64,000 bases of DNA from Candidatus Krumholzibacteriota bacterium (GTDB lineage Bacteria > Krumholzibacteriota > Krumholzibacteriia > LZORAL124-64-63), in assembly GCA_024275485.1 (NCBI GenBank), contig JAJRZA010000028.1, forward strand, positions 9,359-73,358. The letters are read 5' to 3'. Positions 10,857-20,909 of this stretch are shown piece by piece. A program made the translations under genes and the position numbers. Within the stretch, counting starts at the first letter, position 1; each line of letters begins with the position of its first letter. The notes under the pieces were generated by a model. That model worked only from the letters and a program-made list of their open reading frames with translations. It was not told the DNA's origin and did not search any database.

Positions 10857-11867
10857 TCATTTATCGACCATTCCATTGCCCCTGCCCCACCGCCCCATCC
10901 AGAGCAGAACCCCACCTTGAAGGCTGAAAATCACCTGCACGAGATAAGCCACCGCCTCCATGGCAACCACCTCGCTGGCTGCCAGACCACAGAAAACCAA
11001 CAACTGAGCGGCCACAGATTCACGCAACCCAATGCCATTGATAGTAATAGGAAGAATCAGACTCAAGGCCAGCATGGGTACCAAAACCATCAACTGAACC
11101 ATCTGGTCCGAAGTCAAGGTCAGTCCCAAGCCATAGGCAACCAGCAAATGGGTGACCATCCGCAGAAACTGCACCAGAACACTGAAAAGAAAAATCAAAT
11201 TCAGCCAACGAACCCTCGACCGGAACAAAGCCAGCTCCGCGGACACCCTGCTGAGCCAGTTGCCCAAACGAATCCAGCCCCATCGCTGAAACAAGGCTGG
11301 CAAAGACGTTCCCAAGCGACGGGACAGCAACAAAGCCAACAACATAACCAGGGCCAAAGTGACCGGGATAAGCAACAGAGCCGATGTCGGCAGCGCAATC
11401 CGCCTTACGGCGGCCAGGGTCAGAAAAACCACAGCCAGTGAAGTGAGGGCCGTCAATCCGATCAGACGGTCCAGCAAAGTGCTGCAGAACACACCCAGGG
11501 GCCGGTTTTCCCGCCGTCCAAGATCCACAATTTTATAGGCGTCGCCGCCAATGTTGGCCGGTAGAAAATTGTTGAAAAAGAGACCAATAAAATACAGTCG
11601 TTGGAGTTCCCGCCTTGGGGCAACAATACCATTCGCCTTCAGAATCCATGACCATTGCAAGGCACCGCCAAAAGCAGACACGGCATAAACTCCCAAGGCC
11701 GTCAGCAACCATCCCCAATGGGGATTTTGCAACACGTCCTGAATATCGGAAATGGATTGGCGGGAAAGATAAAAGGCCACCAAACCAATCGTAACAGCAA
11801 GTTTGGCCAGCAAGACCATCAGGTCCCGAGAAGAAAACCCCTTGGCCATGCTGTTGACCCACTTCAT
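10857..11867 (-). CDS. Flippase-like / lysylphosphatidylglycerol-synthase TM-region family membrane protein (UPF0104)
   Basis: Polytopic 336 aa protein with FFNNFLPANIGGDAYK motif typical of the family. Confidence 0.6.
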   Translation of the reverse strand: MKWVNSMAKGFSSRDLMVLLAKLAVTIGLVAFYLSRQSISDIQDVLQNPHWGWLLTALGVYAVSAFGGALQWSWILKANGIVAPRRELQRLYFIGLFFNNFLPANIGGDAYKIVDLGRRENRPLGVFCSTLLDRLIGLTALTSLAVVFLTLAAVRRIALPTSALLLIPVTLALVMLLALLLSRRLGTSLPALFQRWGWIRLGNWLSRVSAELALFRSRVRWLNLIFLFSVLVQFLRMVTHLLVAYGLGLTLTSDQMVQLMVLVPMLALSLILPITINGIGLRESVAAQLLVFCGLAASEVVAMEAVAYLVQVIFSLQGGVLLWMGRWGRGNGMVDK

Positions 11868-13003
11868 GAGGTCCCACCCCGGCTGGAAACACCGGCAACC
11901 TTTTCAAACAGCTGCAATGATTCTTCAACACAACGTTCCCAACTAAATGTCCGTGCCCAGCGCACTGCAGCCTCACTGCGCCGTTTCCAAAGATCCGGAT
12001 CGTTCAAAAGGGCCAAGGCTTCCCGGGCGAAAGCCTCTTCATCGCCATAGGGAACCAGGCTGCCGGTCTCCCCGTGCCGCACCGAATCCTTCAGCCCGGG
12101 ACGATCGCTGGCCACCACCGGCAGACCGCATTGGTTGGCCTCGATCACCGTCAGGCCCCACCCCTCCTTGGGGCTGGGGTTCAAAAACACATGACTGCGG
12201 TGCAGAGTCCGCACCAGCTCGTCCCAGGGCATGAACCCGCGGAACTCCACCACTTGGGCCAGACCCAGCTTTTGGGTCACCTTGATCAAACGTTCTTCAT
12301 CCGGGCCCCGGCCCATGATCAGCATGCGCGCAGCCGGCAATTCTTTTTGAATGATGGCAAAAGCCCGCAGGGCCACGTCAATGCTTTTGTATTTGCGCAG
12401 CCGGCTCCAGGTCACAACCAGAGGTGTTTCGCTGCGGGGGGGCGCCTCGTCCAGATGGAAACGATCGTGATCGGTGCCGCAATAGATGGTCTTGATCAGT
12501 TCGCCATCCATACCCCGGGCGATCAAGTCATCCCGTGTGGAGGGGCTGATCACCTCAAAATCAATGCCCTTGTACATGGGAGGGATCAATCTTTCGGCAC
12601 CGTAGACATATGTGGCTGTCAGCGGATTGGCTTCCCTGTAAACGGTGGTGCCGAAAAGATGCGGTACGATGGCCACCAGCGGCGTATCGCCCTTGTACCG
12701 GGGAGTGTAAAAAGGAATTTTGTTGATGTCTTCGACCAACAGATCAAACGAGCCGTTGGCCAGGTACCTCTGGACAACCAGCGGCAAAGTGAAATTGGCC
12801 ACGGCCCAGTGCCCGAAACGATGAACCCTGATGCCGTCGATGCTGTCGTGCCGGGCCGAACCTTCGTACCTGCTGCAAATCAGATGTACCTCGTGCCCCG
12901 CCTTCACCGCGCCCTTGAGAATGTGATGCAGGTGCAACTCCGCCCCGCCACCGAGAGGGTCGTTGAAATCCCGCCAATTGACCACCAGGATCTTCAGGAT
13001 CAG
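11864..13003 (-). CDS. GT4 (GT-B fold) glycosyltransferase
   Basis: KILVVNWRD...EGWGLTVIEANQCGLPVVASD...E-x7-E region. ORF-track start at 13201 overlaps the methyltransferase, so the start is probably near 13003 after AGGAGG. Confidence 0.8.
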   Translation of the reverse strand: MILKILVVNWRDFNDPLGGGAELHLHHILKGAVKAGHEVHLICSRYEGSARHDSIDGIRVHRFGHWAVANFTLPLVVQRYLANGSFDLLVEDINKIPFYTPRYKGDTPLVAIVPHLFGTTVYREANPLTATYVYGAERLIPPMYKGIDFEVISPSTRDDLIARGMDGELIKTIYCGTDHDRFHLDEAPPRSETPLVVTWSRLRKYKSIDVALRAFAIIQKELPAARMLIMGRGPDEERLIKVTQKLGLAQVVEFRGFMPWDELVRTLHRSHVFLNPSPKEGWGLTVIEANQCGLPVVASDRPGLKDSVRHGETGSLVPYGDEEAFAREALALLNDPDLWKRRSEAAVRWARTFSWERCVEESLQLFEKVAGVSSRGGTS

Positions 13004-13800
13004 GCCTCCTGGATGGAAGCGACGGCCTCTTTGCGGGCAATCACTCCAATGGTGGGAGTTGTATACAAAGCAAGACGCGTACTTCCGAAAGCGCGGCGCC
13101 AAGCCTCGCCCAAACGGGCCAGTGGGGGAATCGGTTCGGGGAACATGGGCAGCTTTTTCCCGGTGCGTGTCATGATGATTTTGCGCAGGGCACGGTACCA
13201 CAAACCGGGCACCATCCAGTCGCCATAGCTGCGCTCCACCCGAAGGCCCTCCGCCCGCATCAGGCCCTCCAGCTCACCAATGGTGAATTCCGTTTCCCAG
13301 CCCGCGAACCATTTGTTGATGGCGATGAGCGCCCGCTTGCCCAGGGTGTAGTAATGGAAGGTCTGGGGAACATCCACCACCAGGCGGCCGCCCGGTTTGA
13401 GGATGCGGATGTTGTCCCGCAACATTGGCAAAGGATCGCGGAAATGTTCCAGCAACCCCTGGTGAAAAACCACGTCGAATGTATCGTCGGCAAATGGCGA
13501 ACCGGTGCCGTCGCCACAAACCGGACTGACTGTGACACCGGACATTCCGGCTGCCTTGACGGTCAACCCAAGGGAACCCGGCACGTAATCGAGGGTCAGC
13601 ACTTCGGCACCGGCTTTGGCCAAAGCCACGGCGTCGCGACCAGTACCCGCCCCCACTTCGAGAATGCGTTTGCCATGCAGGTCTCCCAGTCCGGTGATTT
13701 CACGCACCAGCCGACCATCGGTTCCGTAGACATCGTCCAGGTCGAGGGTATCGGCCTCTTCCCAGAATTTTTGCCAGTGCTCAGGAGTCGATACTCTCAA
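13000..13800 (-). CDS. Class I SAM-dependent methyltransferase
   Basis: ILEVGAGTGRDA glycine-rich SAM motif, LKPGGRLVV motif. Confidence 0.8.
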   Translation of the reverse strand: MRVSTPEHWQKFWEEADTLDLDDVYGTDGRLVREITGLGDLHGKRILEVGAGTGRDAVALAKAGAEVLTLDYVPGSLGLTVKAAGMSGVTVSPVCGDGTGSPFADDTFDVVFHQGLLEHFRDPLPMLRDNIRILKPGGRLVVDVPQTFHYYTLGKRALIAINKWFAGWETEFTIGELEGLMRAEGLRVERSYGDWMVPGLWYRALRKIIMTRTGKKLPMFPEPIPPLARLGEAWRRAFGSTRLALYTTPTIGVIARKEAVASIQEA

Positions 13801-14318
13801 GACGGTTCCTCATCCGTTGGTGCATCTTGGGTCGGTGCATCTTGAGTCGGTGCATCCTGGGTTGGTGCGTCTTGGGTTGCAGAAGACTCTGGCCCGGAAA
13901 TACCGTCTGGATATATTCTCTGGGCTGCTTGGTCCAGCACGCCGTTAACAAATTTGACACCACCCTCATCGCAATAGCGACGAGTCAGTTCCAGGGCTTC
14001 GTTGATGACGACCTTGACCGGCACTTCGCGGCTATGCAGCAACTCGGCCAAGCCCATGGTCAGGATGACTTTCTCCAGCACCCCCACCCGATCGGGGTGC
14101 CAGTTGCTCTGGCTGAGCAATTCATTCAACTTGCCTTTCAGGTCGGCACGGTGGATCTGGATTTTTCCCATCAGATCTTCGGCGAATTCACCGGTTTCAT
14201 CGGCGGATTCACGACGACTGAGCTGGTCCTTCAGGGTTTCGTCCAGACTGGCTCCACTGATCAGCGAAGCATAGGAAGCCTGCAATACGATTTCACGACC
14301 TTTTCTGCGTTTGCCCAC
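13797..14318 (-). CDS. nusB: Transcription antitermination factor NusB with C-terminal QDAPT x4 repeat tail
   Basis: IVLQASYA...LDRVG.LEKVILTMGLAELL NusB motifs. 4-nt overlap with the methyltransferase start. Confidence 0.75.
   Translation of the reverse strand: MGKRRKGREIVLQASYASLISGASLDETLKDQLSRRESADETGEFAEDLMGKIQIHRADLKGKLNELLSQSNWHPDRVGVLEKVILTMGLAELLHSREVPVKVVINEALELTRRYCDEGGVKFVNGVLDQAAQRIYPDGISGPESSATQDAPTQDAPTQDAPTQDAPTDEEPS
13816..13878. repeat. Tandem 15-bp repeat (about 4 units, ggtgcatcttgggtc) encoding QDAPT repeats at the NusB C-terminus
   Basis: Direct reading of 13816-13878. Confidence 0.8.
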
Positions 14319-14464
14319 GGGTCTATTCTCCTGTCAAAGATCAGGATATGGCGTCCCCTGTGCAGGAAGCCGGGTCATTCGGTGAATCATACAAACCTAG
14401 AGGAAGGCGTGGGCCTTCCCCAAGGTTGAATTTAACCGGGAAGGGCGGTTTTTGCAAATGAAGA

Positions 14465-14488
14465 GGATGGCCCCCGAAGGGGCCATCC
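14465..14488 (-). terminator. Perfect GC-rich hairpin (GATGGCCCC-CGAA-GGGGCCATC) downstream of ahcY. Likely intrinsic or bidirectional terminator
   Basis: Inverted repeat read directly, followed on the minus strand by CTCTTCATTT. Confidence 0.5.
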
Positions 14489-14514
14489 CATCAATCGGCA
14501 CTGCGGAATATCCG

Positions 14515-15888
14515 CTAGTACTTGTACTCATCCGTCTTGTAGGGACCTTCAACTTTCACGTTGATATAGTCCGCCTGTTCGGGAGTCAGCTTGGTGAGCA
14601 CGCCATTGAACCCACGCACCATGTCGGCGGCTACCTCTTCGTCCAGTTTCTTGGGCAGAACCGTCACGGTGACGGGTTCGCTCTTGCTGTCGGCCCACTT
14701 CTTTTCGAAGAGGTGCATCTGGGCCAGAACCTGGTTGGCAAAAGATCCATCCATGATCCTGGAAGGGTGCCCCGTGGCGTTGCCCAGATTCACCAAGCGG
14801 CCTTCGCTCAGCAGGAGGATGAAGTTGTCTCCATCACCGGGATCACGCACGATTTTGTGTACCTGGGGCTTGACCTCGGTCCAGGCGAATTTCTTTCGCA
14901 GGCCGGCAGTGTCAATTTCATTGTCGAAGTGACCGATATTGCAAACAACGGCACCACTTTTGACTGCGGTCATCATGTGCAGATCACAGACATTGGTATT
15001 ACCGGTGGTGGTGACGATCAGGTCGAGGTTGTTCAGCAGAGCAGTATTGATACCGTCGGCGGTGCCGGTGTTGATGCCGCCATTGTAGGGAGAAACAACC
15101 TCGAAACCATCCATGCAGGCCTGCATGGCGCAAATAGGATCGATTTCCGCAATTTTGACGATCATGCCCTCCTGGCGCAGACTCTGTGCCGAACCCTTGC
15201 CCACATCGCCGTAACCAATGACCAGGGCTTTTTTTCCGGCCAGCAGCATGTCGGTGCCACGCTTGATTGCATCGTTCAGGCTATGACGGCAACCATATTT
15301 GTTGTCGTTTTTCGACTTGGTCACCGAGTCGTTCACGTTGATGGCAGGTACTTTCAGTTCGCCTGTTCCCAGCATTTCCACCAATCGATGCACACCGGTA
15401 GTTGTCTCTTCGCTGATACCATGGATATTTTCCAGCAGCTGAGGATACTTTTCGTGCACCATGGCGGTCAGGTCACCACCATCGTCAAGGATCATGGTAG
15501 CATTCCAGGGAGTGCCGTCCTTGAGAATTGTCTGCTCGATGCACCATTCTCCCTCTTCCACGGTCTGACCTTTCCAGGCGTAGACGGCAGTGCCACCGGC
15601 AGCAACAGCAGCGGCAGCGTGATCCTGGGTGGAGAAAATATTGCAACTGGACCAGCGCACCTCCGCTCCCAGATCCACCAGGGTTTCGATGAGCACGGCC
15701 GTTTGAATGGTCATGTGAATGCAGCCCAGAATGCTGGCTCCTGCCAGGGGTTGGCTTTTCCGATATTTGTCCCGCAAGGCCATCAGGGCGGGCATTTCTT
15801 TCTCTGCCAGTTGGATTTCCTTGCGACCAAAATCGGCCAGGTTGATATCCGCGACTTTAAAATCCTGTACCTTGGCGTCTTGTGCCAT
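14515..15888 (-). CDS. ahcY: Adenosylhomocysteinase
   Basis: Near full-length match to the SAHH family (NAD-binding [17 protein letters not shown], catalytic region). Start at MAQDAKV with AGGGAGA SD. Ends with TAG. Confidence 0.9.
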   Translation of the reverse strand: MAQDAKVQDFKVADINLADFGRKEIQLAEKEMPALMALRDKYRKSQPLAGASILGCIHMTIQTAVLIETLVDLGAEVRWSSCNIFSTQDHAAAAVAAGGTAVYAWKGQTVEEGEWCIEQTILKDGTPWNATMILDDGGDLTAMVHEKYPQLLENIHGISEETTTGVHRLVEMLGTGELKVPAINVNDSVTKSKNDNKYGCRHSLNDAIKRGTDMLLAGKKALVIGYGDVGKGSAQSLRQEGMIVKIAEIDPICAMQACMDGFEVVSPYNGGINTGTADGINTALLNNLDLIVTTTGNTNVCDLHMMTAVKSGAVVCNIGHFDNEIDTAGLRKKFAWTEVKPQVHKIVRDPGDGDNFILLLSEGRLVNLGNATGHPSRIMDGSFANQVLAQMHLFEKKWADSKSEPVTVTVLPKKLDEEVAADMVRGFNGVLTKLTPEQADYINVKVEGPYKTDEYKY

Positions 15889-16092
15889 GAGGCTGTCTCC
15901 CTTTGAACGGTTGGTGGAATGGCTATAATACAAACTTGAAAATAGAAGAATCAGCTATTTTGGCAACCTTCAACTTGCGATTTGTGCCTTTTTAAGGCTT
16001 CATTGACTGAATCGGTAACAATCATCAAGCGCCAGCTGTCAAACTATTGAACGTCCAAAACCCAGCAAATTCTTGAAATAGGAGTTCCCAGG

Positions 16093-17004
16093 ATGTTTCG
16101 CCTGACAGTCCTGATCATTATGACCCTTGGCCTTGCAGTGCCAAGCCATGCCGCCTTACCCGAACCCACTCCCACTTTTTTCCCGCCAGTGGAACGCATA
16201 GTCGCCATCGGCGACCTGCACGGGGATTTGGACAGAACCCTGGATGCCTTCCAAATGGCCGGTATCATCGACCAGAGCCACCATTGGGCCGCAGGAAAAC
16301 TGGTGGTCGTTCAAACCGGCGACCAATTGGACAGGGGTGACCAGGAGCAGGCCCTGCTGGAGTTCCTCGACCGATTGCAAGGCGAAGCATTGGCTGCCGG
16401 CGGCCGCCTGCACCTGCTGAACGGCAACCACGAACTGATGAATGGCCGTTTGGATCTGCGTTATGTCACCGAAGGGGGATTTGCCGATTTTGAAGACGCA
16501 GTCACTCTCAACGAGCTCGATTCCCTGCTGCTGGCCCACGAGCCAGGGCAGCGGGCCCGGGTGGCCGCATTCCGCCCCGGCGGGCCTTATGCCATGCTCT
16601 TGGCAGAGCACAACACGATCCTCATGATCGGCGACAACCTCTTTGTTCACGGTGGCGTTTTGCCGTCACACCTGGACTACGGCCTGGAAAAACTCAACCG
16701 TGAAATCCAATGGTGGCTCGCCGGTGAAGGTCCGGCTCCCGAAGAAATCCACACCTCCAAAAGCCCAACCTGGACACGGATTTACAGTAACGAGCCAGAT
16801 GAAGACAGCTGCCTCACCCTGGACGAGGTTCTCACCCGACTGGGCGCTGCCCGCATGATCGTTGGGCACACGGTGCAGGATGAAGGCATTGTCGCTCATT
16901 GCAACAATCGCGTCTGGTGCATCGACGCCGGTCTCTCCCACTACTACGGCGGGCCCATCAACGCCCTGGAAATCATGGGTGACGAGGTTCGGGTGATGCG
17001 TTGA
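16093..17004 (+). CDS. Secreted PPP-family metallophosphoesterase (Shelph-like Ser/Thr phosphatase)
   Basis: Signal peptide. GDLHGD, GDQLDRGD, GNHE motifs. Confidence 0.75.
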   Translation: MFRLTVLIIMTLGLAVPSHAALPEPTPTFFPPVERIVAIGDLHGDLDRTLDAFQMAGIIDQSHHWAAGKLVVVQTGDQLDRGDQEQALLEFLDRLQGEALAAGGRLHLLNGNHELMNGRLDLRYVTEGGFADFEDAVTLNELDSLLLAHEPGQRARVAAFRPGGPYAMLLAEHNTILMIGDNLFVHGGVLPSHLDYGLEKLNREIQWWLAGEGPAPEEIHTSKSPTWTRIYSNEPDEDSCLTLDEVLTRLGAARMIVGHTVQDEGIVAHCNNRVWCIDAGLSHYYGGPINALEIMGDEVRVMR

Positions 17005-17090
17005 AATTCTGGAATTCCCTCAGGTTTTTCCCTCCCGCACCGATGAAATGATGGAGAAATCCCATCATTTGATTACCTGCTGGAGTTGGC

Positions 17091-19037
17091 GTGTCCGACC
17101 TGAATCTTTCAAAAAACCAACTTGAAACCGAATCCGGGCCGGTAAACCTGCTGATGGCCCTGGATCACTTTTTTTCGGTGGCATCGTTTTATCCTCTTGA
17201 GCACTCCAAATGCCAAACTTCCCTCATCAAGTTTCACCAGGCCATCGACACGATGGTTGACTGGGGTGAAACTCTCGTTCTGGAGCCCAGGGATCCTGGG
17301 GTCGTCCTTCAAGGCGTCTACCTGGATGGTTCCCACAAAGGTGCGAAATCTCTTTTCAGCCTAATGAACGCCCTTGGTATCTCCCGACTTGAGCTTCCTC
17401 GCAACGCCCCTCTGGAAGATATGCACAGTGCCGTGCAGTGCCTGAACCGCATCAAACTGGAAGCTGAGTCCACCCTCGAATTCCAGAGTTTGGATTTTTC
17501 GTCAATTCCTTCTTCGGTGGTGGTGGTCCACCGGAAATTTGGTTGGGGCGGGTTCAATTTGGAAGATGCGGGACTTCTGCCTTCTACGTTGTCCGTAAAT
17601 CTGGATGACCTGGCCAAGCACATTGAGGACCTGGATTGGCCCGATGCCCGGAAAAAGGAATTACGGCTCCGAGCTGAAAACTTTTTGTTCAAAACCATAA
17701 AAAGAATGGACGTGGAATCGGATTCCAACTCCGTTCAAGCGACCCAAAATAAGCGAAAACTGGAAGATGTTCTCATGTTGGGCACCGCTGCCATTGGTCA
17801 CACCATCAGCAACCTAACCGCCCAGGACGGGTACCACAACATTGACCAAATTTTTCGAAAAGCCGCAAAATCCTTAAATTTCGTGGAACATGGGCAATCG
17901 GTGGAAATGATGTTGGAGGTGCTCAACGACAACTGCGAGACACGCAATTGCACCCAAAACAAATCATCAGATGAAGCAACCAATGCTGATTCCGCAGCTT
18001 ATGCGGAATCCATCACGGATCTGAAATCCAGGGTTTTGCAAACTGCCGCCAGGGCCCGCCAGTTGGAAATCCCCGACCAGGAACATTCAAACGAGATGCT
18101 GCATATCTATTTTCAAATGCTGCAACGCGGCAATTCCGGCATTTCCGGTACGCCTGGGTTTGCATTGCTTCCGCGTCTGGACAAGCTTTTGTCTCCGCCC
18201 TTTACGCCGGATCAAGTCCAAATCCTGGAAACAATCGTCAGCCATCTGATTCAAGCTGGCGATCGCAAGGCCATCGATACCCTCATGCCAATGTTGCTCT
18301 CTCCCCAGTTGCGGAATAACAGTCAGCAATTTTTACGTTTTCTGGAACACCTTTTACCGGAAAACCAGCCCGAAAAACTGGCCCTGGTATGGCCTCATCT
18401 GGTCGGCCTCATGTTGCAACCAAAACAACCCCAAAGCCAGGAAGCGGTGACGTTCCTGTTGGCTTGCATCGCCAACCTGCCCCCGGAATTCAGACACAGT
18501 GAAGCCCATCGACTGGACCTGTTGCCAGTGATGCGGGCCGGAAAATTTGGTCCCGGCATCTTTCAGACTGCCCCTCAGCAAAGTCATGGGGTTTTGTTGG
18601 CACTCCTGGGTAGCCGGCAAAGTGACCTGGTGGGCCAGCTTTTGAACAGGACCTGGCTGAAAAACCCACCATCGAATATGGTGGCCGTGCTGATGAAAAT
18701 CATGGGTCCTTATGAAAAACGCCATCGTGGCCTCTACACCGGTTTGCTGAACAACGCCAAAACCGAAGCCCTGGAACCCTCCCTGAAACAGGAATTTTCA
18801 CGCATGATCTGCTCAGCTCTCAGCAAACTTGCGGGTGCCGACAGACAGGCGCCCTGGGTTTGCTGGGCCATTCGGGAACTGGGAGTCCTGCAATGCGCCA
18901 AATCCCGGAAGTTTCTGGAGGAGATTCTGAACCAAAAGAAATTTTTCGTATTCAAGTCCTGGCCCGATCCCTGCCGTCAGGCCGCCAGTCAGGCCATTCA
19001 GGAAGTATCAGAAGACAAGGCAGGTGAATCATCATGA
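17091..19037 (+). CDS. Hypothetical alpha-helical (HEAT/ARM-like) protein, translationally coupled to the downstream HD-GYP gene
   Basis: 648 aa ORF, 4-nt ATGA overlap with the next gene. No recognisable catalytic motifs. Confidence 0.4.
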   Translation: MSDLNLSKNQLETESGPVNLLMALDHFFSVASFYPLEHSKCQTSLIKFHQAIDTMVDWGETLVLEPRDPGVVLQGVYLDGSHKGAKSLFSLMNALGISRLELPRNAPLEDMHSAVQCLNRIKLEAESTLEFQSLDFSSIPSSVVVVHRKFGWGGFNLEDAGLLPSTLSVNLDDLAKHIEDLDWPDARKKELRLRAENFLFKTIKRMDVESDSNSVQATQNKRKLEDVLMLGTAAIGHTISNLTAQDGYHNIDQIFRKAAKSLNFVEHGQSVEMMLEVLNDNCETRNCTQNKSSDEATNADSAAYAESITDLKSRVLQTAARARQLEIPDQEHSNEMLHIYFQMLQRGNSGISGTPGFALLPRLDKLLSPPFTPDQVQILETIVSHLIQAGDRKAIDTLMPMLLSPQLRNNSQQFLRFLEHLLPENQPEKLALVWPHLVGLMLQPKQPQSQEAVTFLLACIANLPPEFRHSEAHRLDLLPVMRAGKFGPGIFQTAPQQSHGVLLALLGSRQSDLVGQLLNRTWLKNPPSNMVAVLMKIMGPYEKRHRGLYTGLLNNAKTEALEPSLKQEFSRMICSALSKLAGADRQAPWVCWAIRELGVLQCAKSRKFLEEILNQKKFFVFKSWPDPCRQAASQAIQEVSEDKAGESS

Positions 19038-20410
19038 GCCGAACATATCAGGAACTCGTGATCCTCCTTTCCAGAGGCATCAGCCAGCGAAACATGTACT
19101 TCGAAGATCACCCCAGGGTTCGGGCTTGCGCCCGGGATTTTGCCGATGGCCTGGCCCGCCAGCAAGCCCTCGATAGCCAAGGAAAATTTTTCATAGGCGT
19201 GGCCAATGGTAAATTGATTCACGATGGGAAATACCTCATCGGCCCCACCATCATCGGCAGCCGTCTGAACACTCTTTCCACCCTCTTGTGCTGTGGAGGC
19301 TTCCTGTTCCACAAAGGCATCACCGCCGGGGAAGTAAGGCTCTTTTTCACCTTTGCCGCGGGACAGAAAACAAAACTGGAAACCCTGACTGAGTCACGTC
19401 AGCAGTTGAAAAGCAAGAATATTTCGGCCGTCGAATTGTCGCCGCCCTACGAAGATGCCGGTTGGTTTGGCCGGTTCTTATTTGATACCAGAGACAGCAT
19501 GGCACCGGACGATATTCAGGATGAAAAATTTGACCTGCTACTGCCCACTTTCCAACACCTCTTTGCCACCGTGGAGGCGGCACACGATGCCGGACACTCG
19601 GGCCGAGCCCTTGATATCAGCCATGTCCGCAAATCAAGTGAAGAGTTGTTGAAGGCCACCGAAAGCCATGTCACGGACATCATGCAACTGGTGAAATACC
19701 CCGACTACGACACCTACACCGTGGGTCATTCCGTAAGAGTGGCCATGTTTGCGGTGATGGTGGGGAAACGCCTGAATTTGACGCAGCCCATTTTGAATGA
19801 ACTAAGCGTGGCTGCCCTGCTGCACGATGTAGGCAAGAGTCGCATCCCCACTGAAATTCTATTTAAACCCGGACTTCTGAACGAACGCGAAAGAGCCGCC
19901 ATGGAAGAGCATGCCGTGCTCGGCGCCGAGATGTTGATGGAAAACGGGGATGCCAGCGAGATGGCCATCGCCGTGGCCTGGGGACACCATCGACGTTACG
20001 ACCGAAAAGGGTATCCGGCCATGACCCTGGGATCGGCGGAAAGTTCCTTGACCCAGATCATCAACGTTTGCGATGTTTTTGAAGCCCTGACCGCCGTTCG
20101 TCCCTACAAGAAGGCTCACACGGCACGTCGGGCCTTCGAAATCATGTTCAACGACCCCGGTTGGTTTTGCCCGGCTGTCCTGAGCGCGTTTTGCAGCTCG
20201 GTGGGCATGTACCCGGCGGGTAGTCGAGTGAGACTATCAAGCGGACATCAGGCCCTGGTGATTGCACCGGCAGAAGTTTTCGACCGCCCCTTGGTCAGGT
20301 TGACTCACGATGCAAACGACGTGGGCCTCACCGAGGGGGCCCAACTGGAAGTTGACCTGTCCACCCATTCCAGCCAGGTGGGTGTTCAGGAACTGTTGCT
20401 GACGGATTAA
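19034..20410 (+). CDS. HD-GYP domain protein with about 200 aa unknown N-terminal domain. GYP motif degenerate (HHRRYDRKGYP)
   Basis: HD motif region VGHSVRVAM...LLHDVGK and HHRRYDRKGYP. Confidence 0.7.
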   Translation: MSRTYQELVILLSRGISQRNMYFEDHPRVRACARDFADGLARQQALDSQGKFFIGVANGKLIHDGKYLIGPTIIGSRLNTLSTLLCCGGFLFHKGITAGEVRLFFTFAAGQKTKLETLTESRQQLKSKNISAVELSPPYEDAGWFGRFLFDTRDSMAPDDIQDEKFDLLLPTFQHLFATVEAAHDAGHSGRALDISHVRKSSEELLKATESHVTDIMQLVKYPDYDTYTVGHSVRVAMFAVMVGKRLNLTQPILNELSVAALLHDVGKSRIPTEILFKPGLLNERERAAMEEHAVLGAEMLMENGDASEMAIAVAWGHHRRYDRKGYPAMTLGSAESSLTQIINVCDVFEALTAVRPYKKAHTARRAFEIMFNDPGWFCPAVLSAFCSSVGMYPAGSRVRLSSGHQALVIAPAEVFDRPLVRLTHDANDVGLTEGAQLEVDLSTHSSQVGVQELLLTD

Positions 20411-20422
20411 CTCTCGTCTGAA

Positions 20423-20896
20423 TTATCCCTCGTCAATCATCGCACAGAGATCGATCATTTCCAGAGCCGTCATGGCTGCATCAAAGCCCTTGTTGCCGGC
20501 TTTGGTTCCACTGCGCTCGATGGCCTGGTCCAGGGTTTCGGCCGTCACGACCCCGTACACCACCGGAATGCTCGCCTCCAGGGAGACCATGGCGATACCC
20601 TTGGTCACTTCACTGGCAATAAACTGGAAGTGCGGCGTATCGCCCTGGATGATGCAGCCCACACAGATCACGGCGGCGTATCGGCCGGTCTGCACGAATC
20701 GCTTGGCCACGACGGGAATCTCGAAACCACCGGGCACCCAGGCGGTGTCGATTTGTTCGTCATCAACGCCGTGGCGGTGCAGGCAGTCTAGAGCTCCGTC
20801 CATCAACTCGCTGGTGAAAAAGTCGTTGAAACGGCTGCCCACGATGGCGATTTTTTTGCCCCGCGAATCGAATTGCCCTTCAAAAGTGCGTCCCAT
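20423..20896 (-). CDS. ribH: 6,7-dimethyl-8-ribityllumazine synthase
   Basis: KIAIVGSRFNDF...GGFEIP...VICVGCIIQGDTPHF family motifs. Confidence 0.9.
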   Translation of the reverse strand: MGRTFEGQFDSRGKKIAIVGSRFNDFFTSELMDGALDCLHRHGVDDEQIDTAWVPGGFEIPVVAKRFVQTGRYAAVICVGCIIQGDTPHFQFIASEVTKGIAMVSLEASIPVVYGVVTAETLDQAIERSGTKAGNKGFDAAMTALEMIDLCAMIDEG

Positions 20897-20909
20897 TTTC
20901 AGCTCTCCT

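Noticed and set aside
14452-15906. 484-aa plus-strand ORF antisense to ahcY
   Set aside because: ahcY on the minus strand is unambiguous. The plus ORF has no motifs.
15889-16092. Possible SAH riboswitch in the ahcY leader
   Set aside because: The region is AT-rich with no recognisable SAH-element conserved helices. Only an SD (AGGGAGA) is evident.
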